The notes: generated by a model from the sequence alone, not told the origin. Positions 10,333 to 20,836 are shown, numbered from the stretch's first letter. The stretch is DNA of 64,000 bases from an uncultured Verrucomicrobiae bacterium (GCA_963762565.1 CAVXLD010000004.1:32001-96000), one strand, 5' to 3'. A program made the numbers and translations.

Positions 10333-12882
10333 TTACTGCGCTTCTGCCACTACCCCGCCGTCAGCCGAGAATTTCTTACCGAGGGCTGCTTCAGATCCTA
10401 GCAAGACGCTGACGCCGTAATCGTCAAGCTGGTTTATCTGCCGCAGACTCAAGAGCACCTTTAATGATTGGTTGAATTGAGTCGTGGCATCAGCTGTCTT
10501 ACCGGACGTCTGCAGGAGCTTGCCGGCTTGCAAGTAGCCATTAGCCAGAAATTCCTGCCAAGTTACATTCCGGCCATTCGTCTGAAGCAGACGCTCGAAG
10601 ATATCACAACTGACCTTGTAATATCCGAGTGCTTCTTGGCCTTTATCAGTAAGGGCCGTTGCTTCGGCTAAACGTTGGAAAGTCAGTGCTAGCTGCTGCC
10701 GGCGAACTGGGTTGGCCTCATCCCGAGAAACTAATGATTCACTAATCTCAAGACACCGCTGATAGCTGGCGCGAGCCTTTGCCAAGTTGCCATCTGCTCG
10801 GTACAGATCACCCGCCCGGCCCAAGCAGTCCGCTAAATCCTGTTGATAAACAGCCTCTCCCGGCGCCGCCGCCACTAAGCGTTCACAAATCTCCTGGCTC
10901 TGAGCGTACGCTTGTAAAGCAGCGGGGGTTTTATCCAGGTCTGCTAGTACACTGCCGTAATTTTGCAAAGAGACTGAAAACTGGTGCTCATACTTCTTTT
11001 CCTTAGAGTCTTGACTAGCCAGCTGTTGAGCAACCTCCACCGCTTTCTCCAACTTAGGCAAGGCCAAGTCCGGCTTCCCTTCTTCGCGTAAAATGCCGCC
11101 GACGTTTTGGTAAGCGACCGCTAGATCGAATCGTAGACTGCTGTCGGAGGAACTACCATGCAGGAGATTCTCGAACGTGGTTAATTCCTGTTGGTAGTAG
11201 GTCAAGGCATCTTCCATTTTGCCTTGCGCTTCCAGCACGTAGCCGATGCGTTCCTGGCAAATCGCTATATCTCGCTGCTGAGAGATGTCTCCAGGGCTGA
11301 GCTGCGCAAGTCTTTGGCCCGCCGCTAACTGATCAGTATAGGCACGAACTGCCCGGTCGAGGTCACCTGCTTTGACCTCCAGATCGCCAAGTTGATTGCA
11401 AATCTGCCGGACCCGCAGCCAAGCCTCCGGATTCTGTGCGTCCCGTTCCGCCAAAACGCGCAGAATATCGCGCGCCTGCTCAAACGGACCACGTGCTCCG
11501 GCCCAATCTTTTTGAGCCATGAAGGTGACGCCCAGCTTAACCAGAACTTTGGTCCACTCGCTCTTCGGTTCTACCTCTGTGGGTTTGGCCGAAGCGAGCT
11601 TTTCCCAGAGCCCAGCGGCCCGCTGGTAGTTTTCCATGGCCTGTCCGATCTTTCCTTGGGTCGAGAAGATGTTCCCCATCTTCAGAAGGTTTTGCGCCCA
11701 TTCTGCCACCCACTCATCCTTGGCCGGCTCCTGTTTGACCAGATCCTCGAGAAGCCGGCAAGCGTCTTGGTACGCATTAACGGCGCCGTCCAGGTTATTG
11801 TCGTCGGCAAGCAAATCACCCTGGTCGTTCAGAGCGGCCACCCGTAAAACTTGAACCGACGTATTTTGGGCTTCGATTCCGTTCTTTGCGTCATACGTTT
11901 CGACCGCTTTGAGCGACGGCTCCAGCAGATCCGCTCGCCGTACGGGTTTTAACTTTTCCCCGAGGTCGCTGACGATCTGGTGCATTAACTGCTCAGACTG
12001 CAATTTTGCTTCAATCGAGTCCCGAGCCGTTTTATCCGCTGCTGCCACTGAAGCCCGAGCGGTCTTTTCCGCATTCGTTTTTTGAGTACGAGCTACCGCC
12101 AGATTCGTTTCCGATTTTTGAAAACGAGAGAAGGTCACGCTGCCGAACGTTATCGCGGTCGCTAAAGTGGCCGCACTAACAAATGCAGTCAACGCGACGC
12201 CACGGCGTTCCCTACGCCATTTGGACCTCACTTCGGCTAGCCACTCATTGATATAAGATAGGATCTCCCGGCTGGCGACGGTGCCAAAACGGGTAAAGAA
12301 GTGGTCCGGCTCCAGCAAGGCGTTCCCTTTCGGGAAAGCATGAGGCCCTTCGGCGGGGAACTTCTCGCCCAACCGGAGGCGGAGCAATCGCTCAAACGTG
12401 GCCTCGAATTGCTCGTAATTGCGGTACGAATTGATACTGGTAGTAAAATTATTTTCCCACTCGAAATCGCGCTGGTCTACCTTGCCCAGGAGCAAGTCGA
12501 CCGCCTTCGACGGCGATACCATTTGGTTCATGGGAGACGTCGAATCAGCCGCATCGCTCTCGGCGTGGACGAAAACCAGAAAATCAGGAATTTTCCCATT
12601 CTCTCGCCTCGGCATCGCCTGGGCCACATCCTGGGGCATTCCGGGTTCCCGGCGTTCCCCACCCCAAACGCAGGATGATCGCCGTAAGACACAGGCAACC
12701 AAATCAAATTGTCGGGCAGAGGGGAACTTACTGTTTTCAGTCCATCGGCTAGACCAAAGCCAGAGCTCTAATTCGACTCTGGGTTTGAACTCCATTTCGA
12801 CACGAGCCATGGCTTCGCCGGCTCGCTCGCATTCCAAATCGGCATCGTCTGGTGCACAGATCAGGACCCGATATTTTGCCAT
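10333..12882 (-). CDS. Membrane-anchored TPR protein with DUF4062/TIR-like N-terminal domain
   Basis: N-terminal YRVLICAPDDADLECERA resembles the RIFISSPGDV start of STAND-associated domains; one TM helix (GVALTAFVSAATLATAITFG); long TPR-like array. Confidence 0.7.
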   Translation of the reverse strand: MAKYRVLICAPDDADLECERAGEAMARVEMEFKPRVELELWLWSSRWTENSKFPSARQFDLVACVLRRSSCVWGGERREPGMPQDVAQAMPRRENGKIPDFLVFVHAESDAADSTSPMNQMVSPSKAVDLLLGKVDQRDFEWENNFTTSINSYRNYEQFEATFERLLRLRLGEKFPAEGPHAFPKGNALLEPDHFFTRFGTVASREILSYINEWLAEVRSKWRRERRGVALTAFVSAATLATAITFGSVTFSRFQKSETNLAVARTQKTNAEKTARASVAAADKTARDSIEAKLQSEQLMHQIVSDLGEKLKPVRRADLLEPSLKAVETYDAKNGIEAQNTSVQVLRVAALNDQGDLLADDNNLDGAVNAYQDACRLLEDLVKQEPAKDEWVAEWAQNLLKMGNIFSTQGKIGQAMENYQRAAGLWEKLASAKPTEVEPKSEWTKVLVKLGVTFMAQKDWAGARGPFEQARDILRVLAERDAQNPEAWLRVRQICNQLGDLEVKAGDLDRAVRAYTDQLAAGQRLAQLSPGDISQQRDIAICQERIGYVLEAQGKMEDALTYYQQELTTFENLLHGSSSDSSLRFDLAVAYQNVGGILREEGKPDLALPKLEKAVEVAQQLASQDSKEKKYEHQFSVSLQNYGSVLADLDKTPAALQAYAQSQEICERLVAAAPGEAVYQQDLADCLGRAGDLYRADGNLAKARASYQRCLEISESLVSRDEANPVRRQQLALTFQRLAEATALTDKGQEALGYYKVSCDIFERLLQTNGRNVTWQEFLANGYLQAGKLLQTSGKTADATTQFNQSLKVLLSLRQINQLDDYGVSVLLGSEAALGKKFSADGGVVAEAQ

Positions 12883-13047
12883 TGGGCCACACCATCAGAA
12901 TTGGGGTTAGTTCAGCAACTATTTTTTTATGATATTTTAAGATATTACTCTGTAGCACAATGAAGTGCGCTGATTCCCCATAAGGCGAGGCTCAAGCCCA
13001 TATTCTTTAGAAGTACTACAGGTGGCTGGCGACAGTGTAGCGCTGCC

Positions 13048-13248
13048 CTAAATAATGAGCGACGGCCGGTTGGCTTCGGCCGACCGAACTTCTCGGGAAC
13101 CCACCGAACTGCCGCACTCCGTACAAAGATAATCGTAAATCTCTCTGTCGGGGAGGACTAGCAATAGCCGTTCTCGAACCGGGCGGGCGACTTTGCATTT
13201 CTGGCAGTACAGCGATGACGCTCGAAGTGTCTTAAATTGGTTCTTCAT
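13048..13248 (-). CDS. Small zinc-ribbon protein (66 aa)
   Basis: MKNQFKTLRASSLYCQKC...YLCTECGS, two CxxC motifs. The longer ORF call is repeat-derived. Confidence 0.75.
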   Translation of the reverse strand: MKNQFKTLRASSLYCQKCKVARPVRERLLLVLPDREIYDYLCTECGSSVGSREVRSAEANRPSLII

Positions 13249-13404
13249 ACCGGCCAAGTCCCTTACCCAGGGAAACTCCGCCGAATGGTCCGACGCGTCA
13301 ATGCTGAAGAAGCCAGGAGCCAGAATCCAGGAGCCAGGAGGGGGCGCTTCTCGCCTTGGCATGTGGCCCACTTTGACTCTATGATTCTGCCAGCTTCCAA
13401 TTCG

Positions 13405-13587
13405 GGGAGGGCGCGCTGCCTGTCCGACATAGCCTAAGGCATCCGGTCGATTTTTCTGCCAAAGCGGGCGACGTCGGATCCTCGCGCGCTGCGACGACTT
13501 GCCACAACCTAAAGGTGTATTTTCGTCTACGATCACAGCAAGTCCTCGACTTCCGTAGCCTCGGATCGCGGGGACGCGATCCCTCCC
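13405..13587 (+). repeat. Family B element B2 with nested family C insert (13419-13478)
   Basis: GGGAGGGCGCGCTG[CCTGTCCGACATAGCC...GGCGACGTCGGA]TCCTCGCGCGC ... GGATCGCGGGGACGCGATCCCTCCC. Confidence 0.88.
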
Positions 13588-13614
13588 GGGCAATGGTCTC
13601 CTAGCCCGTATTCA

Positions 13615-15303
13615 TCAACGGAGTAAGAGTACAACTACAACGCCCCAGATCGTCAGCAAAGTATTGCCAACGGCGAAACATACGGAGAAACCAAGGGCTG
13701 GGACACGACTTTGAGCCGCATCCTGGACGGCAGCGAGAGCCGCTGTCGTGGCTCTGGCGCCGGCGCAAGCCCCCAAAAGAACGCCGGGATGCATTTTAAA
13801 AACGTATTTGCCCAGTAATAAAGCAAGGTACATCGGGAGGATAGTTACAATCGCCCCGGCAATCAAAAGCATGACCCCGGCGTCCTGTAAACCTTTGATA
13901 AAGAGCGGCCCGGCCTCCAGACCGACCACCGCCACAAACATGGTCAGGCCAAGGTTATTGAATACCCATAACCCGGCGTTGGGAATGTTTCCAAAGGTCG
14001 GGTGTACCGAGCGTAACCATCCAAAAACGAGTCCGGCTACCAAGGTTCCACCGCTAGTACTGAGGCTGACTGGGATACCGTTCACGCTAACCCCCAGCAG
14101 ACCAAAAAGAGCGCCAAGGAAGATTCCAATCCCTACGAGAACCAGGTCGCTCGCATGGCTGGCGCGTAGCGGAAAACCGATATTTTGCGCCATGCGTTCT
14201 ACGTCGCGCCGGTTCCCGCTGATCCGCAACACATCACCTTTGGCAATCTTGACGCCGCTATTAAAAGGAAGCGGTTGACCTCCGCGAGAGAGATCACGAA
14301 CAAAAACCCCACGAGAACGTTGGCCGTCGCCCAGCTCGGCAATTGCTCCGAGTGTGGTACCTACGACCTCCTTGTTCGTGACCATCACCTCAAGCGTCTC
14401 ATCGGGATAGTCTAGTAATTCCGGGTCGGATACCTCGACCCCGATCAGGCTGGAATCGTCAATCAGGTTTTCGGTGCGTGAAGCGATGGCTAGGATATCT
14501 CCCAACTGGATCTTGGTCTCCGGACTACATTCCAGGATTTTCTTGCCCCGCCGTAGTCGCTCAACGAACAGCCTTTGGTCAGGAAACTTGCTTTCGAATT
14601 CGCGGATTGTCTGCTCCTGAAACCCCGGAGCGGTAATTTGATACGCTCGAACATCAACGAGATGATAGGCCGAATGAACCGAGGGATCAGGTTCGTCCCC
14701 GCCTAACCTGGCTTCAAGGCTACGACAAGCATCGACCAGATTGACACCAAGTATTTTCGGACCGAGTGCGGCTAAAAACCAGGCTACACCGGCAGTTCCA
14801 AAAATATAGGTCACGGCAAAAGCGATCGACATTTCATTTATCGACCGCTGCTTGAGCTCAGGACCGAGGGGTAACTGATTGATCGCATCCGCCCCGACAC
14901 CGAGGACAGCAGAGACGGTGCAGGCGCCTCCAAACATACCGGCGCCGTACCCAGTATCGAAGCGGAACAGTTTGGCAACCAGGACTGCGCTGCCGAGACA
15001 GAACAGACAAACAAAGACCGCGAACACCGCTTGGGAGACACCATCCTTCCGCAAACCGCGGACGAATTCAGGACCGACTCCATAGCCCACGGCAAAAAGA
15101 AAGAGGAGAAAGAAGACCGACTTCAGCCCCGGCGATACCGGAATATCAAGTTGGCCGACGACCAGCGCCGTAATCAGGACGCCGGTCACGCTACCGAGCG
15201 TAAAGCCGGCGATCTTAGTCCGCCCGATCAGAAAGCCGAAAGAAACGGTCAGATAAATCGCGAGCTCAGGGTGAAGTCGGAGAGCATCGAGGAGGAAGTG
15301 CAC
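13615..15303 (-). CDS. aspT: Aspartate:alanine antiporter family (AspT/YidE) transporter
   Basis: FFLLFLFAVGYGVGP, two TrkA-C-like cytoplasmic domains, GACAGARATTAAL, VGNTLLTIWG. Start set at GTG 15303. Confidence 0.8.
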   Translation of the reverse strand: MHFLLDALRLHPELAIYLTVSFGFLIGRTKIAGFTLGSVTGVLITALVVGQLDIPVSPGLKSVFFLLFLFAVGYGVGPEFVRGLRKDGVSQAVFAVFVCLFCLGSAVLVAKLFRFDTGYGAGMFGGACTVSAVLGVGADAINQLPLGPELKQRSINEMSIAFAVTYIFGTAGVAWFLAALGPKILGVNLVDACRSLEARLGGDEPDPSVHSAYHLVDVRAYQITAPGFQEQTIREFESKFPDQRLFVERLRRGKKILECSPETKIQLGDILAIASRTENLIDDSSLIGVEVSDPELLDYPDETLEVMVTNKEVVGTTLGAIAELGDGQRSRGVFVRDLSRGGQPLPFNSGVKIAKGDVLRISGNRRDVERMAQNIGFPLRASHASDLVLVGIGIFLGALFGLLGVSVNGIPVSLSTSGGTLVAGLVFGWLRSVHPTFGNIPNAGLWVFNNLGLTMFVAVVGLEAGPLFIKGLQDAGVMLLIAGAIVTILPMYLALLLGKYVFKMHPGVLLGACAGARATTAALAAVQDAAQSRVPALGFSVCFAVGNTLLTIWGVVVVLLLR

Positions 15304-15308
15304 GTGAA

Positions 15309-15448
15309 GGTGAGAAGTGGGAAGTGAGAAGTGATTGGTGATTGGTGATTGGTAGGGCGAGGCTCCCGAACTACGATATAAATTTCGCGAAGCACCGCGT
15401 CTTCGACGAGCTGTCGGCAACTACGCCTGTCCGTGCGCCGAGCCGTGG
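15309..15448 (+). repeat. Family A single long-loop REP (A4) preceded by GTGAGAA/GTGATTG heptamers
   Basis: GGTAGGGCGAGGCTCCCGAA at 15351, closing GCGCCGAGCCGTGG at 15435. Confidence 0.8.
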
Positions 15449-15653
15449 CCCAGCGTGTCGAACCGCTGGGCGATGCGTCCCATAAGTCACATCAGTCCCA
15501 TAAGCCTATCCGTATCCGTCTGCACGCCTACCACGCCCCGCCTCATAGCCCGTTTCTAGCGCCCGATCCATCCACCAAACTCGTAACTTGCGAATCATGT
15601 TCGCAAGCCGGAGCTTACCCCGGCAACTGAAAATTAAACCTGGAATCTGTATC

Positions 15654-16049
15654 ATGACTGATCCAATCAAACCAGATCCACTGCAGGACGAAGTGCACGC
15701 TCCCCGGACAAGCGAACCGAAACGAGATGGGGCCAGCGCGCTGGAATATCTAAAAAGTGAAAATGGTCCCTGGCTTCCGATCGTCGTCGGAGGATCCGCT
15801 CTGTTGATCGCGGCGGGCTATTTCTTAGGGCGATATTATGTACAACTCCATGCTCAAACCCCAACAGATCGCTTTCTTCACGAATTAGAGGATTGGGTAG
15901 AAGAGCGCAGCGAAGGCCTGCCTAAGGTAGTTCGGGACAAACTTAACGCGACCGTTGGATTCTTGGGCGCCTCTCTGCGCAACACGCCAATTAAACAAAT
16001 TGTTTCTCGCTTCCAAAACAAACCGCATCGACCGTTCAACCTCTTCTAA
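15654..16049 (+). CDS. Hypothetical membrane-anchored protein
   Basis: One TM helix (WLPIVVGGSALLIAAGYFLG); stop overlaps the next start (TAATG). Confidence 0.6.
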   Translation: MTDPIKPDPLQDEVHAPRTSEPKRDGASALEYLKSENGPWLPIVVGGSALLIAAGYFLGRYYVQLHAQTPTDRFLHELEDWVEERSEGLPKVVRDKLNATVGFLGASLRNTPIKQIVSRFQNKPHRPFNLF

Positions 16050-16345
16050 TGAATCAAGAAACTACTTCTTCTGTCGGAGCGTCAGAATTTTCGGCTGAAA
16101 ATGTGGATCGCCTCTTCGGCCGGCTGGATGAGAAGGTCCGGCAATCACCGCGTGAAGCGGTGCTGATCGCCTTCTTAGCTGGGGCTCTGTTGCAGGTGTT
16201 CGCCATCCGACACCTAGTATTGACCGCGGCCCGCGTCATTTTGTGGTTAGCGACTCCGGTACTATTTGTGTTTACCGCATGGAGGCTGTTTCAACTGGGC
16301 AACTCCGACGGGGGGTTAGGCCGATTTTTTGGAACTAAACAGTAG
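16049..16345 (+). CDS. Small membrane protein, ElaB/YqjD (DUF883)-like
   Basis: KVRQSPREAVLIAFLAGALL resembles the DUF883 C-terminal motif; coupled to the upstream ORF. Confidence 0.55.
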   Translation: MNQETTSSVGASEFSAENVDRLFGRLDEKVRQSPREAVLIAFLAGALLQVFAIRHLVLTAARVILWLATPVLFVFTAWRLFQLGNSDGGLGRFFGTKQ

Positions 16346-16373
16346 GACTCGCCGATGTCGGCGGATGCCCCAC

Positions 16374-16725
16374 GCGCTTCGCGCGAATAACCAATAGCCG
16401 ATAGCCAATAGCCAAGGGGCCGGTCGCAAGAAAGTCGTGCGCTTTGGCGTGGATCGAATGTGGACGGGCGTAAGCTCGGTGGAGCATCAACCCCAAGATC
16501 ACAAGACCGAAGATCACAATACGGAAAGGTCACGAAGGCCACAAAGACCGATCGTATGAGTCTGATTTTCAGTTTCAGTCTTCGTGTCCTTTGTGATCTT
16601 TCCGTATTGTGAATCTCTAGTTTCTCTGGGAAGTCGAACGCATGATCCACAGGCAAAATCGATAAGCCGATCTTTCGTTGGCTATTGGCTATTGGCTATC
16701 GGCTATTGAGATATGCGCGAAGCGC
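16374..16725. repeat. Nested palindromic repeat cluster
   Basis: Outer (CCAATAG)n ... (CTATTGG)n pair with GCGCTTCGCGC/GCGCGAAGCGC ends; inner CACAATACGGAAAG...CTTTCCGTATTGTG pair. Confidence 0.8.
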
Positions 16726-17720
16726 TAATCGTGCCGCAGAAGCTTGCGGAAATAGTCGATCGATACGGCCAGAATGATCACTGCTCCGACAAAGACCCCT
16801 TGCCAATAGGGATCAATGCCAAAAAGCAGCAGACCATTCCGCAGAACTTCGAGAATAATCGCACCGATCACCGTTCCCAGAATTGTGCCTTCGCCGCCAG
16901 CCAGGTTCGCTCCGCCGATCACAGTAGCAGCAATGACGGCTAACTCATTTCCAGTACCCATGTCAGCCGTCACGCTTCCTAAGTAACTGAATTGAGTGAG
17001 GCCGGCGATTCCGGCCATCAGCGCACACAACATATAGACGATAATCTTAAGGCGATCGACCCGCAGACCCGTCAATCTCGCGGTGCGCTCGCTTCCGCCT
17101 ACCGCGTAGACGTACCGACCCCAAACCGTCCGCGAAAGCAGAATCCAGAAAAATAGGCTGGCGATACAGAAAATAATAAATGGATTCGGGATCCCGAAAA
17201 TATCGCCTCCACCGATCCAGAGAAAAGACCGGTATTCGTCGCCAAATATCGAAATCGGTCGTCCATGCGTAACGATGAGGGCAAAGCTTCTGGCGATGGC
17301 TAGGGTGGCCAGCGTTGGCACAAAGGGAGACATCTTAAGCTGGGTGATACAGAACCCGTTTAAGAGCCCGATACAACAGGCGGCCGAAAGGCTGAGGAGG
17401 ATGGCAAGAGGCTCTGGCACGCCATGGGTTAACAAATAGGCAACGATCACCGCCGTCATGCCAAACACCGATCCCACCGAAAGGTCGATTCCGCCGGTTA
17501 GGATGACGCAGGTCATACCCATCGCCACGATCCCAACGAACGAGAAATTCGTCGTAATATTGGCGATATTCTGGAGGTTTCGAAACTGTGGGATAAAGAT
17601 TGCCAGGACGAGCAACATCAAGATGAGGGCGCCAAGGATCCCTATCTCGCGGGGAAGGCGAACAGTCCGCCGGCGTGACGTCTTTTCTGGATGGGGGGGC
17701 GCCACGGCTTCGGAGTTCAT
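16725..17720 (-). CDS. Monosaccharide ABC transporter permease (RbsC family)
   Basis: GMTCVILTGGIDLSVG, GRYVYAVGG..ARLTG, ELAVIAATVIGG motifs. Confidence 0.92.
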   Translation of the reverse strand: MNSEAVAPPHPEKTSRRRTVRLPREIGILGALILMLLVLAIFIPQFRNLQNIANITTNFSFVGIVAMGMTCVILTGGIDLSVGSVFGMTAVIVAYLLTHGVPEPLAILLSLSAACCIGLLNGFCITQLKMSPFVPTLATLAIARSFALIVTHGRPISIFGDEYRSFLWIGGGDIFGIPNPFIIFCIASLFFWILLSRTVWGRYVYAVGGSERTARLTGLRVDRLKIIVYMLCALMAGIAGLTQFSYLGSVTADMGTGNELAVIAATVIGGANLAGGEGTILGTVIGAIILEVLRNGLLLFGIDPYWQGVFVGAVIILAVSIDYFRKLLRHD

Positions 17721-17919
17721 CTCGAATTCTAGAATCGAATCACAGCGTTATGGAGGATTTTTTACGGGATTCAAACAAATTCCTGCAGAAAAGGCTTGCA
17801 ACCAGCTCTTAACGGATGTGCTCTCTTCAATTCAAGCATTTAGATAAAACGCGCAGCGTCTATCTAGATGTAAATATCTCCTGCATTGGTCCAAATGCAG
17901 GATCCCCCAACTACCAATT

Positions 17920-18876
17920 ATGCCAAACCAGAAATTGTTTCTCTTGGCGGGCGTGGCGGTTTGCTCGCTCGCTTTGCCGGCAGGCCTCCATGCCGCCGGA
18001 AAACAGAAGACCTTCGCGATTGTCCCGAAGTCGATTAGCATCTCATTCTACAACGATGTGGAAAAAGGTTGTAAGGAGGAAGGCGCCAAGCTGGGCGTGA
18101 ATGTCATTTATACGGGTCCAGACACCGCCGACGCCGCAAAACAGGTGCAAGTCTTACAGGATTTGGTCAGTCGCGGTGTCGATGGCTTTGCCGTTGCTCC
18201 CATGGACGGCGATGCCGTGATTGGAGTGATCGAATCTGCGACTAAGAAAGGAATCAAAGTGATCTGTTTCGACTCGGACTCTCCCAAATCGCAACGGACC
18301 TGTTTTGTTGGTACGAACAATGAACAAGGTGGCTACGAAGGCGGCAAAGCCTTTGCGTCGATGTTACCCAAAGGCAAATTTGCAGTTCTTACGGGTGGTT
18401 TGGCTTCCGTAAACCATAACCAGCGTGGCGACGGATTTCGTAAAGCATTGAAAGAGGCAGGAGGTGACTACACCGAAATCTCGGGTTCACCCTTCCCCTG
18501 CAATGACGACGCCGCAAAATCGATCCAGATCATCCAAGACACCTTGACTCGGTACCCCGATCTGGATGGGTTTTTCTTTTCGGGCGGCTGGCCTCTTTTC
18601 GGCGCTCCGGAAGCCTATCTGCGGGCAATGGGCAAGCACCTTGACGACATCAAGAGTAAGAAGTTTGTGGTCATCTCTTTCGACACCTTGCCGGAAGAGC
18701 TCAAAATCGTGAAACAGGGCGCCTGCAATGGCCTGATCGGCCAACGACCCTACGCGATGGGAGTCAAGAGCGTCGATATTCTGAATGACCTTACCGAAGG
18801 CAAAACCGTCCCTGCGGTTGTTGATACCGGCGTTGACGTCGTGACTTCGGCGAATGTGGATCAATTCTTGAAGTAA
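17920..18876 (+). CDS. Sugar ABC transporter substrate-binding protein (RbsB family), possibly inositol-binding
   Basis: Signal peptide, ICFDSD, VGTNN, GQRPYAMG motifs; adjacent to the iol operon. Confidence 0.9.
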   Translation: MPNQKLFLLAGVAVCSLALPAGLHAAGKQKTFAIVPKSISISFYNDVEKGCKEEGAKLGVNVIYTGPDTADAAKQVQVLQDLVSRGVDGFAVAPMDGDAVIGVIESATKKGIKVICFDSDSPKSQRTCFVGTNNEQGGYEGGKAFASMLPKGKFAVLTGGLASVNHNQRGDGFRKALKEAGGDYTEISGSPFPCNDDAAKSIQIIQDTLTRYPDLDGFFFSGGWPLFGAPEAYLRAMGKHLDDIKSKKFVVISFDTLPEELKIVKQGACNGLIGQRPYAMGVKSVDILNDLTEGKTVPAVVDTGVDVVTSANVDQFLK

Positions 18877-18886
18877 TCGACCCGGT

Positions 18887-18912
18887 GGGCGGAAAGCGCC
18901 TGCTTTCCGCCC
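18887..18912. terminator. GC-rich hairpin between convergent genes, probable terminator
   Basis: GGGCGGAAAGC-gcct-GCTTTCCGCCC perfect 11-bp stem; no clear U-tract. Confidence 0.5.
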
Positions 18913-19004
18913 GTCCAGACGAATCTGTCGCCAACTCTTATTTCTTACGAGTCAACCTTTTCGGCGCGATGTTAGACTAGGCAATAGTTAATGCTCGTCG
19001 TCCC

Positions 19005-19820
19005 TCAGCCCTTCATTGGAACCGTAATTGGGTTCCCGGCCCAATTTTGGGATACCCAATCGTACTCCGGGTCGTTGATCGCGGTTATCTTCCTGACATC
19101 CCCGGCCAGAAAATTCAGGTAATAGGCATTCGTTCCCGGCGCTTTGACAACTGGGTGGTATCCTTCGTGGATCAGGACCAAATCACCATTCTGAACTGGA
19201 ATCGCCACATCTAGATCCGTGTCTCGAGTATAGATCCGCTGAATCGCGAAACCGTTCTCCGGACGCAACCGATAGTAATAGGTCTCTTCGTGGTAAGAAG
19301 AATTATCGCGAGTGTCATGGCGATGGGGAGGAAAACTCGACCAATTGCCGCTCGGAGTATGAATCTCGTAAACGGTTAATCGCTCGGTGAGTTCGTCGGA
19401 ATCAGCCAGAGCACTCACGCCCCGTTTCACGTTAGCGTCACCGCGCACCGATGTCTTGATCTCGTCTTTTGAGATTCGCCGGGCCGGCAATTTACCTTCA
19501 GCAGGAGCGCCACCGATGGCCACCTCGATCGACTTGGCAGCTCGCAGCGAAAAATTGCTCCGGGGAGGGAGATAATAAATATCCGTGAGTTCCTCAAATA
19601 CCGACCTCCGCGAGAATGAAAACTCTTCCTCACCAAAGGCACAGAACCCTTCACCACTCAGCGGTACGACGACAAACTCTGACTCTTCCGTGTTGAACCG
19701 TTGAGTCTGCTCGGGCTCCAAAGCGAGGACGCGGAAGGAAAGATAACGCCACTCGGCTTCCTTCGGCGTAACGTTGATGCGAAACGGATTCGAATAGTTA
19801 GATCGATAATGGCGGTTCAC
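19005..19820 (-). CDS. iolB: 5-deoxy-glucuronate isomerase
   Basis: TPSGNWSSFPPHRHD, HEETYYY, GYHP motifs. Confidence 0.93.
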   Translation of the reverse strand: MNRHYRSNYSNPFRINVTPKEAEWRYLSFRVLALEPEQTQRFNTEESEFVVVPLSGEGFCAFGEEEFSFSRRSVFEELTDIYYLPPRSNFSLRAAKSIEVAIGGAPAEGKLPARRISKDEIKTSVRGDANVKRGVSALADSDELTERLTVYEIHTPSGNWSSFPPHRHDTRDNSSYHEETYYYRLRPENGFAIQRIYTRDTDLDVAIPVQNGDLVLIHEGYHPVVKAPGTNAYYLNFLAGDVRKITAINDPEYDWVSQNWAGNPITVPMKG

Positions 19821-20836
19821 GGCTGTATCTCCGAAACTTTAACCGGGCGGTTCTCCTTCCAACTACGACTTGCCGCGATTGCCAGCCGCAGCGTCTCGAG
19901 CGCGTCTTCTGCGCCCGGAGACGGCATTTGGCCGGACTTGATCGCTTCAAAAAATGCTTGTAACTCCAGCCGATACGCGGCCTCGAAACGATCGGGAAAG
20001 TTTTCGTAATGATCGTAGCGAGCGCCAAATTCGCGCGACAAAGTCATCGGCGTTTTCTGCGGCGCTTCGATCACAACTTTGGCGTCTGCACCGGCTACTT
20101 CCGTCCGGATATCATAACCCCACTTTGAGCGCCGGGACGTTTCCACAACCCCTAACGCTCCATTCTTAAACTTGAGCAGGGTAACGGCCGTATCGCAGTC
20201 CTGGGCTTGGGCGAAGCGGTCGTCGATCAACACGGATCCCCAGGCGGACACCTCTTCAACCTCACCCACCAAAAACCGAGCCAAGTCGAGATCGTGAACC
20301 GCCATGTCCAGAAAGGAACCGCCGCTTTGAAGCAGAAACTTGAGCGGCGGCGGATAGGTATCACGGCTTAAAGCCCGAAAGGTTTCGATGCGGCCGAGCT
20401 CTCCCTGATCAATCCTTTTCTTCGCCTCCGCGTAACCCGGGTCATAGCGGCGCATGAAACCGAGCTGCACAAAAGCGCTCTTCTTTTGAATCAAATCAAC
20501 GACCCTCTTTGTCTCAGCCAAATCGAGGGCAATCGGCTTCTCGCTAAACACAGCTTTCCCAGCCTGCACGGCGGTCTCGATCAGTCGGGCATGCGTATCG
20601 GTCGGGGTAACGATAATCACGACATCGACCGATGGATCCAGAATTGCTTCTTCCGTGCTGACGATCGCCCAATCCGCACCTGATAATTCGCGCCCACGCT
20701 CAGCCGCCTTCAGATTCGGATCGGCTACCACCCTGACGCGAACACCATTGATCGACGCTAGATTTCGCAGATGAGTCTCGCCCATCCGCCCGCAACCGAG
20801 AAACGCAACGCCAATTTCCGCTTTCGCTTTGGTCAT
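19817..20836 (-). CDS. iolG: Inositol 2-dehydrogenase family (Gfo/Idh/MocA)
   Basis: GCGRMG, EKP, GFMRRYD, DMAVHDLD, GYDIRTEV. Confidence 0.8.
   Translation of the reverse strand: MTKAKAEIGVAFLGCGRMGETHLRNLASINGVRVRVVADPNLKAAERGRELSGADWAIVSTEEAILDPSVDVVIIVTPTDTHARLIETAVQAGKAVFSEKPIALDLAETKRVVDLIQKKSAFVQLGFMRRYDPGYAEAKKRIDQGELGRIETFRALSRDTYPPPLKFLLQSGGSFLDMAVHDLDLARFLVGEVEEVSAWGSVLIDDRFAQAQDCDTAVTLLKFKNGALGVVETSRRSKWGYDIRTEVAGADAKVVIEAPQKTPMTLSREFGARYDHYENFPDRFEAAYRLELQAFFEAIKSGQMPSPGAEDALETLRLAIAASRSWKENRPVKVSEIQP

Noticed and set aside
13249..13593. N-terminal extensions of ORF-track calls (also 5773, 15420, 51633, 57707)
   Set aside because: They translate intergenic repeats (GASPYQSPITNH, GYVGQAARPP) and good downstream starts exist, unlike the coupled start of oppA.
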